Of a DNA stretch of 64,000 bases, positions 15,918 to 25,414 are shown in pieces. Both the position numbers and the translations under genes were made by a program. How positions within the stretch are numbered: position 1 is the first letter of the stretch; each line of letters opens with the position of its first letter. The stretch lies in the IMG/VR virus record IMGVR_UViG_3300047554_000375. One strand, given 5' to 3'. Below the pieces are notes generated by a model. That model worked only from the letters and a program-made list of their open reading frames with translations, did not search any database and was not told the DNA's origin. This DNA comes from a virus (Duplodnaviria > Heunggongvirae > Uroviricota > Caudoviricetes).

Positions 15918-16631
15918 ATGATTTTTTCAAGACTTATATTTGCCATCGTTCTATTGTTGGCAGTTTTTTCATGTGAAGCAAAAGTTACTGCACAGAGTTG
16001 GCTTGTCGCTGATGGTGATGGTAGAATCATACAGAGCGAAAACACAAACGAAGTTCGTTCAATAGCAAGCATTACTAAATTGATGACTGCAATGGTTATC
16101 TTAGATGCTAAACAAGATTTGGATGAAAAGATTGGACAATACACAAGAGGTGAATTGATACAACTTGCGATTGTGCATTCAGATAATCAAGCCGCAAAAA
16201 ATTTATGCCAACACTACACACACGGCTACAATATGTGTGTGACGATGATGAATCGCAAAGCATATTCATTAGGTTTATCACAAACAAAATTTACTGATTC
16301 GACAGGACTTGGTGTGTTCAATGTTAGCACAGCCGAAGAGTTGGTTACGCTAGTTCGTGAAGCACAAAATTATCCACTGATTGTAGAATCAAGTAAAATG
16401 AGCCAAGTAAAAATTAAAGTGAAAAAGAAGTGGCTCATTTTCAACAATACAAATCCAATCATCGGCAAGCGCCATGACTTCATTGTAAGTAAAACTGGCT
16501 ACATCCGTGCCAGCGGTGGATGCATTGTGATGATGTTGGATACGGATATCGGTCGCCGTATCGTTATCGTTTTGGGAAGCAAAAGTACTAAAACCCGAAT
16601 CCCAGAGGCCGAGTTCTTAGCAAAAATTTAG
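15918..16631 (+). CDS. secreted D-alanyl-D-alanine carboxypeptidase-like serine peptidase (S11/PBP family)
   Basis: signal peptide; SIASITK (SxxK) active-site motif. Confidence 0.8.
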   Translation: MIFSRLIFAIVLLLAVFSCEAKVTAQSWLVADGDGRIIQSENTNEVRSIASITKLMTAMVILDAKQDLDEKIGQYTRGELIQLAIVHSDNQAAKNLCQHYTHGYNMCVTMMNRKAYSLGLSQTKFTDSTGLGVFNVSTAEELVTLVREAQNYPLIVESSKMSQVKIKVKKKWLIFNNTNPIIGKRHDFIVSKTGYIRASGGCIVMMLDTDIGRRIVIVLGSKSTKTRIPEAEFLAKI

Positions 16632-16651
16632 TTGTATTTTTGCAACACCAC

Positions 16652-16679
16652 TTGACAATTCTTACCATCCTGTTATACT
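16652..16679 (+). promoter_or_regulatory. sigma70-type promoter TTGACA-N16-TATACT
   Basis: hexamers. Confidence 0.65.
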
Positions 16680-16706
16680 AATTCCATAGATTGATAAGGA
16701 GTTGGT

Positions 16707-16943
16707 ATGTCTTGGAATTTAGAAGGTCGAAAAGTTGCTGGTAAGTATCTGGATCAATTTTCCTTTATCGGTGTCGTGGTCGAAAGCCGAGTTAAGTATG
16801 GGGGCAAAGTTTGTAATACCATAGTATTAGATACTCCAATCGTGGTGTTTGGCGAGTTTCGCACCCGTGTTTTGATGGATTCTGACCAAATTAGTCAAGT
16901 ATTTGTTGACAAAGTTCCAGTTCCTGGTATAATTAATGCATAG
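16707..16943 (+). CDS. hypothetical protein
   Basis: ORF track, RBS AAGGAG. Confidence 0.65.
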   Translation: MSWNLEGRKVAGKYLDQFSFIGVVVESRVKYGGKVCNTIVLDTPIVVFGEFRTRVLMDSDQISQVFVDKVPVPGIINA

Positions 16944-16966
16944 TTTGAAAGAAAGTGAGATTTGAC

Positions 16967-17380
16967 ATGGCTTATATGAATCAAGAGAAAAAAGCGGTTA
17001 TTAAAGCAAACTTGGATAAGGCTCTGAAAGGTACCGGCGTAAAATGTACCTTGAGTGTTAGTAATCATACCTCTATCGTTTGCACTATCAAATATGCACC
17101 AATTGATTTGATTGCTAATATGAACGAAGTCTGCCGCAAGGCTCCCGGTGCAAATCGTTACGGTGAATATCGTGATGCTACCGATTATGTTCAAGTTAAC
17201 CCATACTGGTACAAAGAACACTTCTCCGGTAAAGCGTTGGATATTGTTGACAAAATCGTTAAAGCGATGTATACTGCAAACTACTACGATAATTCGGATG
17301 CAATGACCGATTATTTCGATACCGCATATTATGTAAGCGTTAATATCGGTAAGTGGAACAAACCTTTTGAAGTTAAGTAA
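16967..17380 (+). CDS. hypothetical protein
   Basis: track ORF 16955 trimmed to ATG after AAAGTGAG. Confidence 0.65.
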   Translation: MAYMNQEKKAVIKANLDKALKGTGVKCTLSVSNHTSIVCTIKYAPIDLIANMNEVCRKAPGANRYGEYRDATDYVQVNPYWYKEHFSGKALDIVDKIVKAMYTANYYDNSDAMTDYFDTAYYVSVNIGKWNKPFEVK

Positions 17381-17500
17381 ATGAAAAAATTCGTTTTGAT
17401 TGACAATGGTAAGATTGTAGGTATGTTTAATATTCGGGCTTGTGCTGAGGTTTACCAGTTAGCCCGTCCCGATAGTGTAATCCAGGAAGTAATTTTGTAA
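17381..17500 (+). CDS. hypothetical small protein (39 aa)
   Basis: hand-translated. Confidence 0.3.
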   Translation: MKKFVLIDNGKIVGMFNIRACAEVYQLARPDSVIQEVIL

Positions 17501-17501
17501 A

Positions 17502-17795
17502 ATGCCACAAGGAGTTTATGTGCTGATGACCAGTGATGGTTATCGTGCCACCGTGTTGAATGATTATGATAGTCTGTTTGATGGTTATGCTGATGATATG
17601 ACTATGTTTATCAATAAAGAAAGATTGAAAGAAGCGTTTGATGGTTGTGTTGTATTGAATTCGACTAATTATTTGGAAGTGGCTAGAGCATTAGCCGCAC
17701 CATATAAGGAAATGCCAGACGGCATTCGAGTTCTGACTACATATCGTAATTATAGTTTTGAGGAATTAAAGAATGGCAAGGCTTCCAAGAATTGA
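17502..17795 (+). CDS. hypothetical protein
   Basis: ORF track, RBS AAGGAG. Confidence 0.65.
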   Translation: MPQGVYVLMTSDGYRATVLNDYDSLFDGYADDMTMFINKERLKEAFDGCVVLNSTNYLEVARALAAPYKEMPDGIRVLTTYRNYSFEELKNGKASKN

Positions 17796-18822
17796 AGAAC
17801 CGAAGTTTGACGGTGTAATGACAAACATTGAATTGATGAATTCATTGAACTGGTATCACCAGACGATGGAAAACAAGGATGCAGTTAAGTACATCCAAGA
17901 ATACGCCAAGAAGAATAAAATTCCTGGGCGTGTTGATACAAGTAAGAGTTATCTAACACTAGGTTGGCTTTGTCGCCTAGTTATGAATGGTAACGATGTT
18001 GGTAAGAGTGGCACAGATTTTATTAAGGCACACATGAAAAGTGTTTTGTCTGCGGTAGAAGATGTGCCTGTCGCCGTTGTTGATGCGACACCGACTGTAT
18101 CAATTCAAGACCGAATGAAAGAAAAAGTTGGTGAAATTGCTGTTGACTTAGAAGCCGCACTGGATGATTATGTCACCAGTGATTTTAAGACTATGCCTGC
18201 ACCAATGTCTATCATGCATGACCGTGCTAAGGGAATGCATGCCCAAAAATTGGTTGAGCATTTTAAGAAACGCCGTGTTGAATTTGACGAAGTGTTGAAT
18301 ACGGATGATAAGGACTTGCGTGAGGGTTATTCAAACTTCACCAAACCTCAGTTGAAAAAATTGATTGCATTCTGTGATACTGTTATTACCGATGCGTTGA
18401 AGATTGCTGGTGAAGCCAAGGTCAATCGTAAGAAGCCTAAGCGTAAACAAAAAACACCAGACCAACTGGTATCCAAATTGATTTTCTGTAAAGAAGATGA
18501 TACATATAAGGTGAAGTCTGTTGCACCTCGTGATATAATTGGTGCATTACAGTTGTGGGTGTTTAATGTGAAAACTAGAAAACTTGGTGTATATCATGCT
18601 GAGGATGCTGGTGGTCTATCCGTAAAAGGTTCGTCATTGTTGAATTATAGTGAATCAAAATCTATCCAGAAGATTCTCCGTAAACCAGATGCGACTATTC
18701 CTACCGTATTGAAAGGTGGTAAAGTTGTGATGAAAAATCTTTTGGGTGAGATTGCATCCAAGGATAGTCCGCTGAGTGGTCGCATTAATGCTGATACCAT
18801 TCTTCTCCGTGTGTTGAAATAA
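17773..18822 (+). CDS. hypothetical protein (349 aa)
   Basis: ORF track. Confidence 0.75.
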   Translation: MARLPRIEEPKFDGVMTNIELMNSLNWYHQTMENKDAVKYIQEYAKKNKIPGRVDTSKSYLTLGWLCRLVMNGNDVGKSGTDFIKAHMKSVLSAVEDVPVAVVDATPTVSIQDRMKEKVGEIAVDLEAALDDYVTSDFKTMPAPMSIMHDRAKGMHAQKLVEHFKKRRVEFDEVLNTDDKDLREGYSNFTKPQLKKLIAFCDTVITDALKIAGEAKVNRKKPKRKQKTPDQLVSKLIFCKEDDTYKVKSVAPRDIIGALQLWVFNVKTRKLGVYHAEDAGGLSVKGSSLLNYSESKSIQKILRKPDATIPTVLKGGKVVMKNLLGEIASKDSPLSGRINADTILLRVLK

Positions 18823-18862
18823 TTACCACACTTTTAATCCTTAATCTTGTATAATGTGAACT

Positions 18863-19687
18863 ATGCTAATATTTGACTTTAATCAGGTTGTCATTGCCAA
18901 CCTTATGGAACAAATCGGTTCCTCAAAAACGCCAGTGGACGAAGCACTGGTTCGTCACATGGTTCTCAATACCATTCGTGCTAATGTACGAAAGTTTCGG
19001 GAATACGGAGAAGTAATCATTGCTTGCGATAGTAAACATTACTGGCGCCGTGAAGTATTTCCCAACTACAAATCCAATCGTAAGAAAAACCGTGAATCGT
19101 CTGGTCACGATTGGACTGCCATCTTTGAATGCCTATCAAAAATTCGTGAAGAGTTGAAAGAACATTCACCATATAAAGTGATTGATGTTTACGGCGCTGA
19201 AGCCGATGATGTGATTGGTGTATTGACACAAGCGTATGGATCAAATCAACCAATTATGATTCTTTCCAGCGACAAAGATTTTGTTCAACTACAAACGAAT
19301 CCGAATGTTAAACAATATTCACCAAGCCTGAAAAAGAATATCACCACCGACAATCCAATTCAACAACTACATGAGTTGGTTATTCGTGGTGATTCTGGTG
19401 ACGGTATTCCAAATATCTTGTCTCCTGATAATTCGTTCGTTGATAGCATTCGACAAAAACCAATTACCGAAAAATTCTTGCGTGAGTTTGAGACAAACAA
19501 AGAAAAACACCAGCGCAACTATGACCGCAACAAACAATTGATTGATTTATCATATATTCCTGGTTCTGTGTCGAAAAATATTATAGATACATATGAAGAA
19601 CTGAAACCTGCGAACAAGCAAAAGTTTATGAACTATATGATTGCTAATCGCCTTAAAAATTTATTGGAAGTTATTGATGAATTCTAA
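18863..19687 (+). CDS. rnh: T4 RNase H-like 5'-3' exonuclease / flap endonuclease
   Basis: N-terminal ML(I/L)xDFxQ start and acidic metal-binding clusters (GAEADD) resembling T4 RNase H by recall. Confidence 0.8.
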   Translation: MLIFDFNQVVIANLMEQIGSSKTPVDEALVRHMVLNTIRANVRKFREYGEVIIACDSKHYWRREVFPNYKSNRKKNRESSGHDWTAIFECLSKIREELKEHSPYKVIDVYGAEADDVIGVLTQAYGSNQPIMILSSDKDFVQLQTNPNVKQYSPSLKKNITTDNPIQQLHELVIRGDSGDGIPNILSPDNSFVDSIRQKPITEKFLREFETNKEKHQRNYDRNKQLIDLSYIPGSVSKNIIDTYEELKPANKQKFMNYMIANRLKNLLEVIDEF

Positions 19688-20111
19688 TTTGATGTACCAT
19701 GAGGTCTTTGCGCTTTTTGAAAAGGCGGAGAAACGTGCGGAAAAAATTAATGTGCTACGCACACACGCCGACAACAATTTTAAAGAATTTTTGTTAGCGG
19801 CATTTGATAAGAACATTGTATTTGATGTTCAAGTACCACAATACAAGCCGTCGGTTGATCCTGCCGGTTTGAATGTGTTGTATCTACATAATGAAGTACC
19901 TAAAATGTATTTGTTTATTGAGAATCATCCACGTAGACCTCAAGGTTATGGTGGTGATAAACAATCAGCCAAACTTGCTAGTGTCTTAGAAGCGTTACAT
20001 GCAGAGGAAGCCGATTTGATGGTTCGTTGCATTCAGAAAGATTTGAAGATTCCTTTTCTGACACCGAAATTAATCAACGAAGCGTTTCCTGGAATCAATT
20101 TGGAGACTTAA
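19677..20111 (+). CDS. hypothetical protein
   Basis: track ORF 19641 trimmed to ATG 19677. Confidence 0.65.
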   Translation: MNSNLMYHEVFALFEKAEKRAEKINVLRTHADNNFKEFLLAAFDKNIVFDVQVPQYKPSVDPAGLNVLYLHNEVPKMYLFIENHPRRPQGYGGDKQSAKLASVLEALHAEEADLMVRCIQKDLKIPFLTPKLINEAFPGINLET

Positions 20112-20309
20112 ATGAGTGACGGTGGTAAAGGAAGCAAGCCAAGACCATATAGTGTATCACAAGCCGAATATGATGCACGATGGGATGCAATTTTTCAAAG
20201 AGATTTGAAAGAAGAAAAAATTGAAATGCCTGGCACAATCGGTGGTGCTAAGGTTGTTTTTAGGGATGAAAATGAAAGTAGCGGTAGTAACTCCGACAAT
20301 CGGGAGTAA
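20112..20309 (+). CDS. hypothetical protein
   Basis: ORF track. Confidence 0.45.
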   Translation: MSDGGKGSKPRPYSVSQAEYDARWDAIFQRDLKEEKIEMPGTIGGAKVVFRDENESSGSNSDNRE

Positions 20310-21039
20310 ACACCTAACAAAATGTATTGATTCGGTTGATAAGCAAACTTATCCCGATGTTTTGCATTATGTGTTTATTGATGGTAGAGAGCATCGTTCA
20401 AAAGTAAAATCACAAGTGATGGGCGCAGCCAAATTGCGTTTCATTGATTTAGAAGATAATGTCGGTAAAGGCTGGTATGGTCACCGTGTATACGCAGCCT
20501 GTTCATTTTTGGTGAACGCTGACATTATCCTCTATCTTGATGAAGACAACTGGCTAGAACCAGAGCATGTTGAAAAAATGGTAAAGAAAATAAATGAAGG
20601 CTATGATTGGGTTTATTCGTTACGAAAGATTGTTGATGTTGAAGGTAAATTCCTTTGTGAAGACAATTGCGAAAGTCTTGGTAAGTGGCCAGTGTTCTTT
20701 GATAAGAATGTTCACCATATCGACACTTCCTGTTTTGCTATTCGCCGTGATGTTGCTGTGCGTATTGGTCACGCATGGTACGGACAATGGGGAGCTGATA
20801 GACAATTTTATAAAGCACTATCAACCCATTTTTCCAATTACTCTTGCACCAATGAACACACAGTTAATTACCGCTTAGATGGTAATGAAAATTCTGTTAA
20901 AGCAGAATTCTTCGAATCTGGTAATGCAATAAATCAAGTAAACTATTCACCTAATAAATTTCCATGGAAAATGAACAGCGTATCGCACTGGTCACCGGTG
21001 CCGCAGGTTATCTCGGTTCGCACCTCTGCAAACGCCTAA
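20266..21039 (+). CDS. family-2 glycosyltransferase
   Basis: N-terminal VAVVTPTIG...SVDKQTYPD...DGREH...LDEDNW (DxD-like) pattern; track start 20221 is TTG, so the ATG at 20266 is used. Confidence 0.7.
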   Translation: MKMKVAVVTPTIGSKHLTKCIDSVDKQTYPDVLHYVFIDGREHRSKVKSQVMGAAKLRFIDLEDNVGKGWYGHRVYAACSFLVNADIILYLDEDNWLEPEHVEKMVKKINEGYDWVYSLRKIVDVEGKFLCEDNCESLGKWPVFFDKNVHHIDTSCFAIRRDVAVRIGHAWYGQWGADRQFYKALSTHFSNYSCTNEHTVNYRLDGNENSVKAEFFESGNAINQVNYSPNKFPWKMNSVSHWSPVPQVISVRTSANA

Positions 21040-21929
21040 AGAAAGAAGGCTGGTTTGTAATTGGCTTAGACCTCTTACATTCCCATCATCACTATTGGGA
21101 CAGATGGTGGCAATCCGATGTTACCGATAAATCAGCCGTTGAATCTGTATTCGTGGCTTACAAAGTGGATATTGTATTTCATTTTGCTGGCAGAATTGAA
21201 GTTGGCGAATCAGTAAAAAATCCAACAGAATTTTGGCACACAAACACCGCAGGAACTATCACGGTGTTAAATGCTATGAAAAAATTTGGAAATCAAGGAT
21301 GCGATAAAATCGTTTTCTCTTCCACTGCTGGTGTGTATTTTAGTGGATCACCTACACTTGCGGAACATGAAATTACCACAAGCAATAACCCATATGCCGG
21401 TAGTAAAATTGCCGCAGAGAATGCCATTCAAGAATCAGGACTCAAGTATGTTATCTTCCGATTCTTCAATCTTGCTGGCGCAGATTCTGATGGTGAATTG
21501 GGTGAAGACCATTATCCTGAAACACACTTGATTCCTAGAATACTCCAAAATCTAAATACTTTTGAGGTATATGGCGACAATTATCGTACAGTTGATGGAA
21601 CTGCCGAGCGTGACTATGTTCATGTGGAAGATGTGGTGGATGCTAACATTGAAGCCATAAAATATCTTGATGATGGTAGTCCATCCGAGATTATTAATTT
21701 AGGTAACGGAGTTGGTTATACAGTTCTAGAGGTTATACAAACGGTTAAATTGGTATCAGGTCAAAGTGTCAACTATACATTGAAAGCACCTCGTGAAGGT
21801 GACCCTGATATTCTTGTTGCAGATATACTCAAAGCAAGGCGCTTATTAAATTTCAAACCTAAACATGACATTGCCTCTATCGTACAATCCGCATATGGCT
21901 GGGAAAAGAAAAGAAAACGATATCGCTGA
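20964..21929 (+). CDS. NAD-dependent epimerase/dehydratase (GalE-like UDP-sugar 4-epimerase)
   Basis: TGAAGYLGSHL Rossmann motif, YxxxK-type catalytic region. Confidence 0.85.
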   Translation: MENEQRIALVTGAAGYLGSHLCKRLKKEGWFVIGLDLLHSHHHYWDRWWQSDVTDKSAVESVFVAYKVDIVFHFAGRIEVGESVKNPTEFWHTNTAGTITVLNAMKKFGNQGCDKIVFSSTAGVYFSGSPTLAEHEITTSNNPYAGSKIAAENAIQESGLKYVIFRFFNLAGADSDGELGEDHYPETHLIPRILQNLNTFEVYGDNYRTVDGTAERDYVHVEDVVDANIEAIKYLDDGSPSEIINLGNGVGYTVLEVIQTVKLVSGQSVNYTLKAPREGDPDILVADILKARRLLNFKPKHDIASIVQSAYGWEKKRKRYR

Positions 21930-22476
21930 GATTCCTGTACCACTACAGGAAATCTTTGATGTTGTTCTTCTAAAAAATCACACATTCTTTTTGACTGGTG
22001 ATATTGAAGAGGACAACATTAACGCCGCTATCAAATGGATCATTTATGAGAATTCCATTCCTAGTGATGAGCCACTTAAACTGTATATTAACTCGCAGGG
22101 TGGTGATTTGTACCAGGCTCTCGGCTTAATTGATATCATGCGTTTAAGTAATAAACCAATTCAAACATTTGGAGTTGGTGCCGTCATGTCAGCCGCATTC
22201 CTGATTTTCGCATCAGGTACTAAACATTACCGCTTCATAACAAGAAATTGTGGTATAATGTGTCATCAGTATTCAGATACTTACGAAGGCAAACACCACG
22301 ACTTAAAATCTTTCACTAAAGAAGCCGAACTAACAAATAATCGTATGTCAAAAATTCTTCAGGAAGCAACGGGCATGTCCGCTCGTGAAGTAAAATCCAA
22401 ACTGTTGTCGCCTAGTGACGTTTGGATGAGTGCCGAGGAACTTGTTCAACTAGGTGTAGCAGACTTTATATTGTAA
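21895..22476 (+). CDS. ClpP-like serine protease
   Basis: LYINSQGGDLYQALGLIDIMR and GVGAVMSAAFLIFASG align to the ClpP oxyanion/Ser region; track start 21865 trimmed. Confidence 0.75.
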   Translation: MAGKRKENDIAEIPVPLQEIFDVVLLKNHTFFLTGDIEEDNINAAIKWIIYENSIPSDEPLKLYINSQGGDLYQALGLIDIMRLSNKPIQTFGVGAVMSAAFLIFASGTKHYRFITRNCGIMCHQYSDTYEGKHHDLKSFTKEAELTNNRMSKILQEATGMSAREVKSKLLSPSDVWMSAEELVQLGVADFIL

Positions 22477-22484
22477 GAGGAAGT

Positions 22485-22664
22485 ATGATTGGGGCAACGA
22501 AAATTGAAAAGGTCAATAAGACTAAAGTCCGAAAGTATGAGGACGATTCTTTTCAATACAAGCAAAAGAAAAAACACCACGATAAATCTTTTTATCGTTT
22601 AATGAAAGAGGATGAAGATTATGGCTATTCTACAAACAATCCAAAAACAAATAAAAGAGGTTGA
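22485..22664 (+). CDS. hypothetical basic protein
   Basis: RBS GAGGAAG; trimmed from track ORF 22422. Confidence 0.5.
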   Translation: MIGATKIEKVNKTKVRKYEDDSFQYKQKKKHHDKSFYRLMKEDEDYGYSTNNPKTNKRG

Positions 22665-22788
22665 GGCTCGCATTCAGGCGGACGAATCTGAAGCCCGTGA
22701 TTTGAGAGAATTACTGGCACGATTGAAGATGCAGGAATTTGAGGAAGACCTCAAGGAATCCGACGGTCGCCAACTGCTCAAAGGCTAA
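22621..22788 (+). CDS. hypothetical coiled-coil protein (55 aa)
   Basis: hand-translated, RBS GAGGATGAAG. Confidence 0.45.
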   Translation: MAILQTIQKQIKEVEARIQADESEARDLRELLARLKMQEFEEDLKESDGRQLLKG

Positions 22789-22811
22789 GTTGTTTTTTTA
22801 CAACAGTCTGG

Positions 22812-22840
22812 TTGCATTCTAACCAGAGCTGTGTTATAAT
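22812..22840 (+). promoter_or_regulatory. sigma70-type promoter TTGCAT-N17-TATAAT
   Basis: hexamers. Confidence 0.6.
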
Positions 22841-22869
22841 TGTTATTATGTTAAAGCAAAGGGTGAATT

Positions 22870-23100
22870 ATGAATGAATTTGACCGAGAGAATATTGAAT
22901 TTCTTATGAATTGTGGCGCATACGAATTCAAGAGGTTCTTGGAGGAAATGGATGAGGCTACTATAGAATACACACTTGACCTCATTCAGAGAGCAAAAGC
23001 GGAATTGCTTTTGGAAGAATTGGAATTAATGGAAGTCGGTGGTGTTGAAGACTTCACCGAAGCGCAGGCCGTATTGAGCCGTTTTACATTGAAAGGCTAA
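22870..23100 (+). CDS. hypothetical acidic protein
   Basis: ORF track. Confidence 0.65.
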   Translation: MNEFDRENIEFLMNCGAYEFKRFLEEMDEATIEYTLDLIQRAKAELLLEELELMEVGGVEDFTEAQAVLSRFTLKG

Positions 23101-23101
23101 T

Positions 23102-23296
23102 ATGGATCAGTTCGCATTTATGGTAGATACCCTTACCGATTATCGTGATAAAGTGTATGATAATCTAGGTAAGGAAGATGAGGAAGCCACAAACGAATCG
23201 TTGGCTATGGTAGAATCTACCCTACTACATGGTTACACAATCCGCGAAGTAACCGAATACAAAACAACACTCAAGCGTATTACTGAAAAGGTATAA
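23102..23296 (+). CDS. hypothetical protein
   Basis: ORF track. Confidence 0.6.
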   Translation: MDQFAFMVDTLTDYRDKVYDNLGKEDEEATNESLAMVESTLLHGYTIREVTEYKTTLKRITEKV

Positions 23297-23298
23297 TT

Positions 23299-23433
23299 AT
23301 GACAAAAGAAGTGAAAGAATTTCCTTTCTATCTGGAAGCATGGCTATGGTGCCGTGAGAATTCTATTGACATTGCACAAATTTCCCGTTATAATTGGAAA
23401 ACTTGGATAGTCAAATACACTAAGCAAAAATGA
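23299..23433 (+). CDS. hypothetical small protein (44 aa)
   Basis: hand-translated. Confidence 0.4.
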   Translation: MTKEVKEFPFYLEAWLWCRENSIDIAQISRYNWKTWIVKYTKQK

Positions 23434-23777
23434 TTATATACACCGATACCCGTTCAAAAAAGCGCAAGCCGACCAAAAAGCAGACTGCACAGTACCAAAC
23501 CTGGCTTGACGAGATTAGTTCAATGAGAACTAATTTCTCACGTGGCAAAATTCGCACCGTGACTGACAGTCCTATTCCTAAGTTGACTACACCTCCTGGT
23601 CGTGAAACCGTGCGTTATCCAAGCATGGTAACGGCTGGTGGGAGCACGACAAAGCCAATACATGGCAAAGTATACACTGGTACGGCTATGAAGGGTATCG
23701 GTACTCTCCACAAGTCCAATGCCGTGCCGATTTTTACTGATGAGGAAGCCCGTGACCAGGCAAACATGAGGCGCTAA
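23430..23777 (+). CDS. hypothetical basic protein
   Basis: ORF track. Confidence 0.55.
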   Translation: MIIYTDTRSKKRKPTKKQTAQYQTWLDEISSMRTNFSRGKIRTVTDSPIPKLTTPPGRETVRYPSMVTAGGSTTKPIHGKVYTGTAMKGIGTLHKSNAVPIFTDEEARDQANMRR

Positions 23778-23778
23778 G

Positions 23779-23907
23779 ATGGAAGTATTCATTTCACCAA
23801 GTAGTATTTTTGTGCTAGGCGCATTCACTGGTGCCCTTTTCGGGCGCTTGGTGACATTTAGCATCATGGCACTTTGCTTGGTTGTGATGTTAATACTAAA
23901 GTATTAG
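23779..23907 (+). CDS. small membrane protein (42 aa)
   Basis: hand-translated. Confidence 0.35.
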   Translation: MEVFISPSSIFVLGAFTGALFGRLVTFSIMALCLVVMLILKY

Positions 23908-23939
23908 TTGACTATTTTACTCAGGTATTCAAATAATGC

Positions 23940-23967
23940 TTGACAATTTTTACCAGCCTGCTATACT
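23940..23967 (+). promoter_or_regulatory. sigma70-type promoter TTGACA-N16-TATACT
   Basis: hexamers. Confidence 0.65.
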
Positions 23968-23999
23968 ATATTCATAGATTGATAGAAAGAGGTCGAAAA

Positions 24000-24749
24000 A
24001 TGAAATTGCTTTCCACTGGTAATCCTAAAGTTCTCAAAGGTATGAAACAAGGTTTTAATACTTACATCTTACACTTGGCTCCTGCCGATGTGTCTGGTTA
24101 TGAAACCTGTCCTAAGCGTACCGCTGGTTGCACAGCCGCTTGTTTGAATCTTGCTGGACGCGGTGGTATGTTTAAGCGTGGCGAGACTACCAATGTCATT
24201 CAAGAAGCCCGTAAGCGTAAGACAAAATTGTTTTTCGAAAATCGCACCGAGTTCATGGTTCAGTTGGTGAAAGATATTGAACTGGCTATTAAACAATCCG
24301 CTAAGTTGGATTTAGTGCCTGTGTTCCGTTTGAACGGTACCTCTGATTTGTCATTCGAAAAATACGAAGTGGTTCGCAACGGTGTTACATATCGTAATAT
24401 TTTTGCCGCCTTTCCTGATGTTCAATTTTACGACTACACAAAAATTCTTGGTCGTAAGTTCCGTGATATTCCTAACTATCACTTGACCTTCTCTGCGGCT
24501 GATGGTAACGATGGTGATGTTCTTAAGGCAATTGCCCAAGGGTACAATATCGCTACCGTGTTCGGTATCAAAAAGACAGAGCCAATGCCAGAATCATACA
24601 ACAGTCTTCCTGTGTTTAACGGTGACGATTCCGATTTGCGATTCTTGGATCCAAAAGGTGTTGTTGTTGGTTTGTATGCTAAGGGCAAAGCCAAAAAAGA
24701 TACCACCGGTTTCGTTAAGTTTCCAACAATTATGTTGCAAGCCGCATGA
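24000..24749 (+). CDS. hypothetical protein (249 aa)
   Basis: RBS AGAGG; trimmed from the TTG start of track ORF 23940. Confidence 0.75.
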   Translation: MKLLSTGNPKVLKGMKQGFNTYILHLAPADVSGYETCPKRTAGCTAACLNLAGRGGMFKRGETTNVIQEARKRKTKLFFENRTEFMVQLVKDIELAIKQSAKLDLVPVFRLNGTSDLSFEKYEVVRNGVTYRNIFAAFPDVQFYDYTKILGRKFRDIPNYHLTFSAADGNDGDVLKAIAQGYNIATVFGIKKTEPMPESYNSLPVFNGDDSDLRFLDPKGVVVGLYAKGKAKKDTTGFVKFPTIMLQAA

Positions 24750-24764
24750 TTACCAGCCATCTGG

Positions 24765-24793
24765 TTGACAGATGGCATTTTTCCTTGTACAAT
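24765..24793 (+). promoter_or_regulatory. sigma70-type promoter TTGACA-N17-TACAAT
   Basis: hexamers. Confidence 0.65.
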
Positions 24794-24821
24794 GAAGTTT
24801 CTTAATCAAATGGAGTTTATT

Positions 24822-25199
24822 ATGACCAAATCTGCAAAATCTGCTACAAAGCAAACCAAAGTTGTTCGTTTGAAAGCATGGGAGCCTATCTTCCAAGCGT
24901 TGATGACTGGCCAGCCTGTCAACAAAGATGTGTTGGAAAATATGTTGGGTGAATTGAAATACAAATTGTCAGCCCATATTCTTGAAATTAAAATCCGTAG
25001 TGATGCGATTATCCGTGTCGTTAAAGACGGTCGTAAAGTTGTGTCGTACCAACTTATGAATCCTACCTCTGCCGGTGTTACCAAGTATTGGACCGAGCGT
25101 GGTATCGTTATTGATACTGTTAAGGGTTTGAAAGATTTGAAAGCAACACCAGTTGAAGCCGAGACAGTGGCTCCTGTTGTTGAAACTGAGAAAGTTTAA
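24822..25199 (+). CDS. hypothetical basic protein (125 aa)
   Basis: RBS ATGGAG; trimmed from track ORF 24765. Confidence 0.7.
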   Translation: MTKSAKSATKQTKVVRLKAWEPIFQALMTGQPVNKDVLENMLGELKYKLSAHILEIKIRSDAIIRVVKDGRKVVSYQLMNPTSAGVTKYWTERGIVIDTVKGLKDLKATPVEAETVAPVVETEKV

Positions 25200-25218
25200 G
25201 CGTTGTTACTCGCTAGTG

Positions 25219-25246
25219 GCTCGGGCTTCGGCTCGGGCCTTTTTTA
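25219..25246 (+). terminator. rho-independent terminator (UUCG tetraloop hairpin followed by a T run)
   Basis: CGGGC-TTCG-GCTCG GGCC TTTTTTT. Confidence 0.7.
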
Positions 25247-25255
25247 TGGAGAACT

Positions 25256-25414
25256 ATGATGTGGAGATTATGGGCAAAAGCACTTGGTGAAAAAGCATCG
25301 GAAGATGATGCCGAAGCCGATAAAATTGCTTGCATTCGCACGGCAATTGTGTTATGCTATGTTATCACAAACTTTTTTATTGTTGCTGGCGTAATTCGCC
25401 ACTGGAATGACTAA
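25256..25414 (+). CDS. small membrane protein (52 aa)
   Basis: RBS GGAG; hand-translated. Confidence 0.45.
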   Translation: MMWRLWAKALGEKASEDDAEADKIACIRTAIVLCYVITNFFIVAGVIRHWND

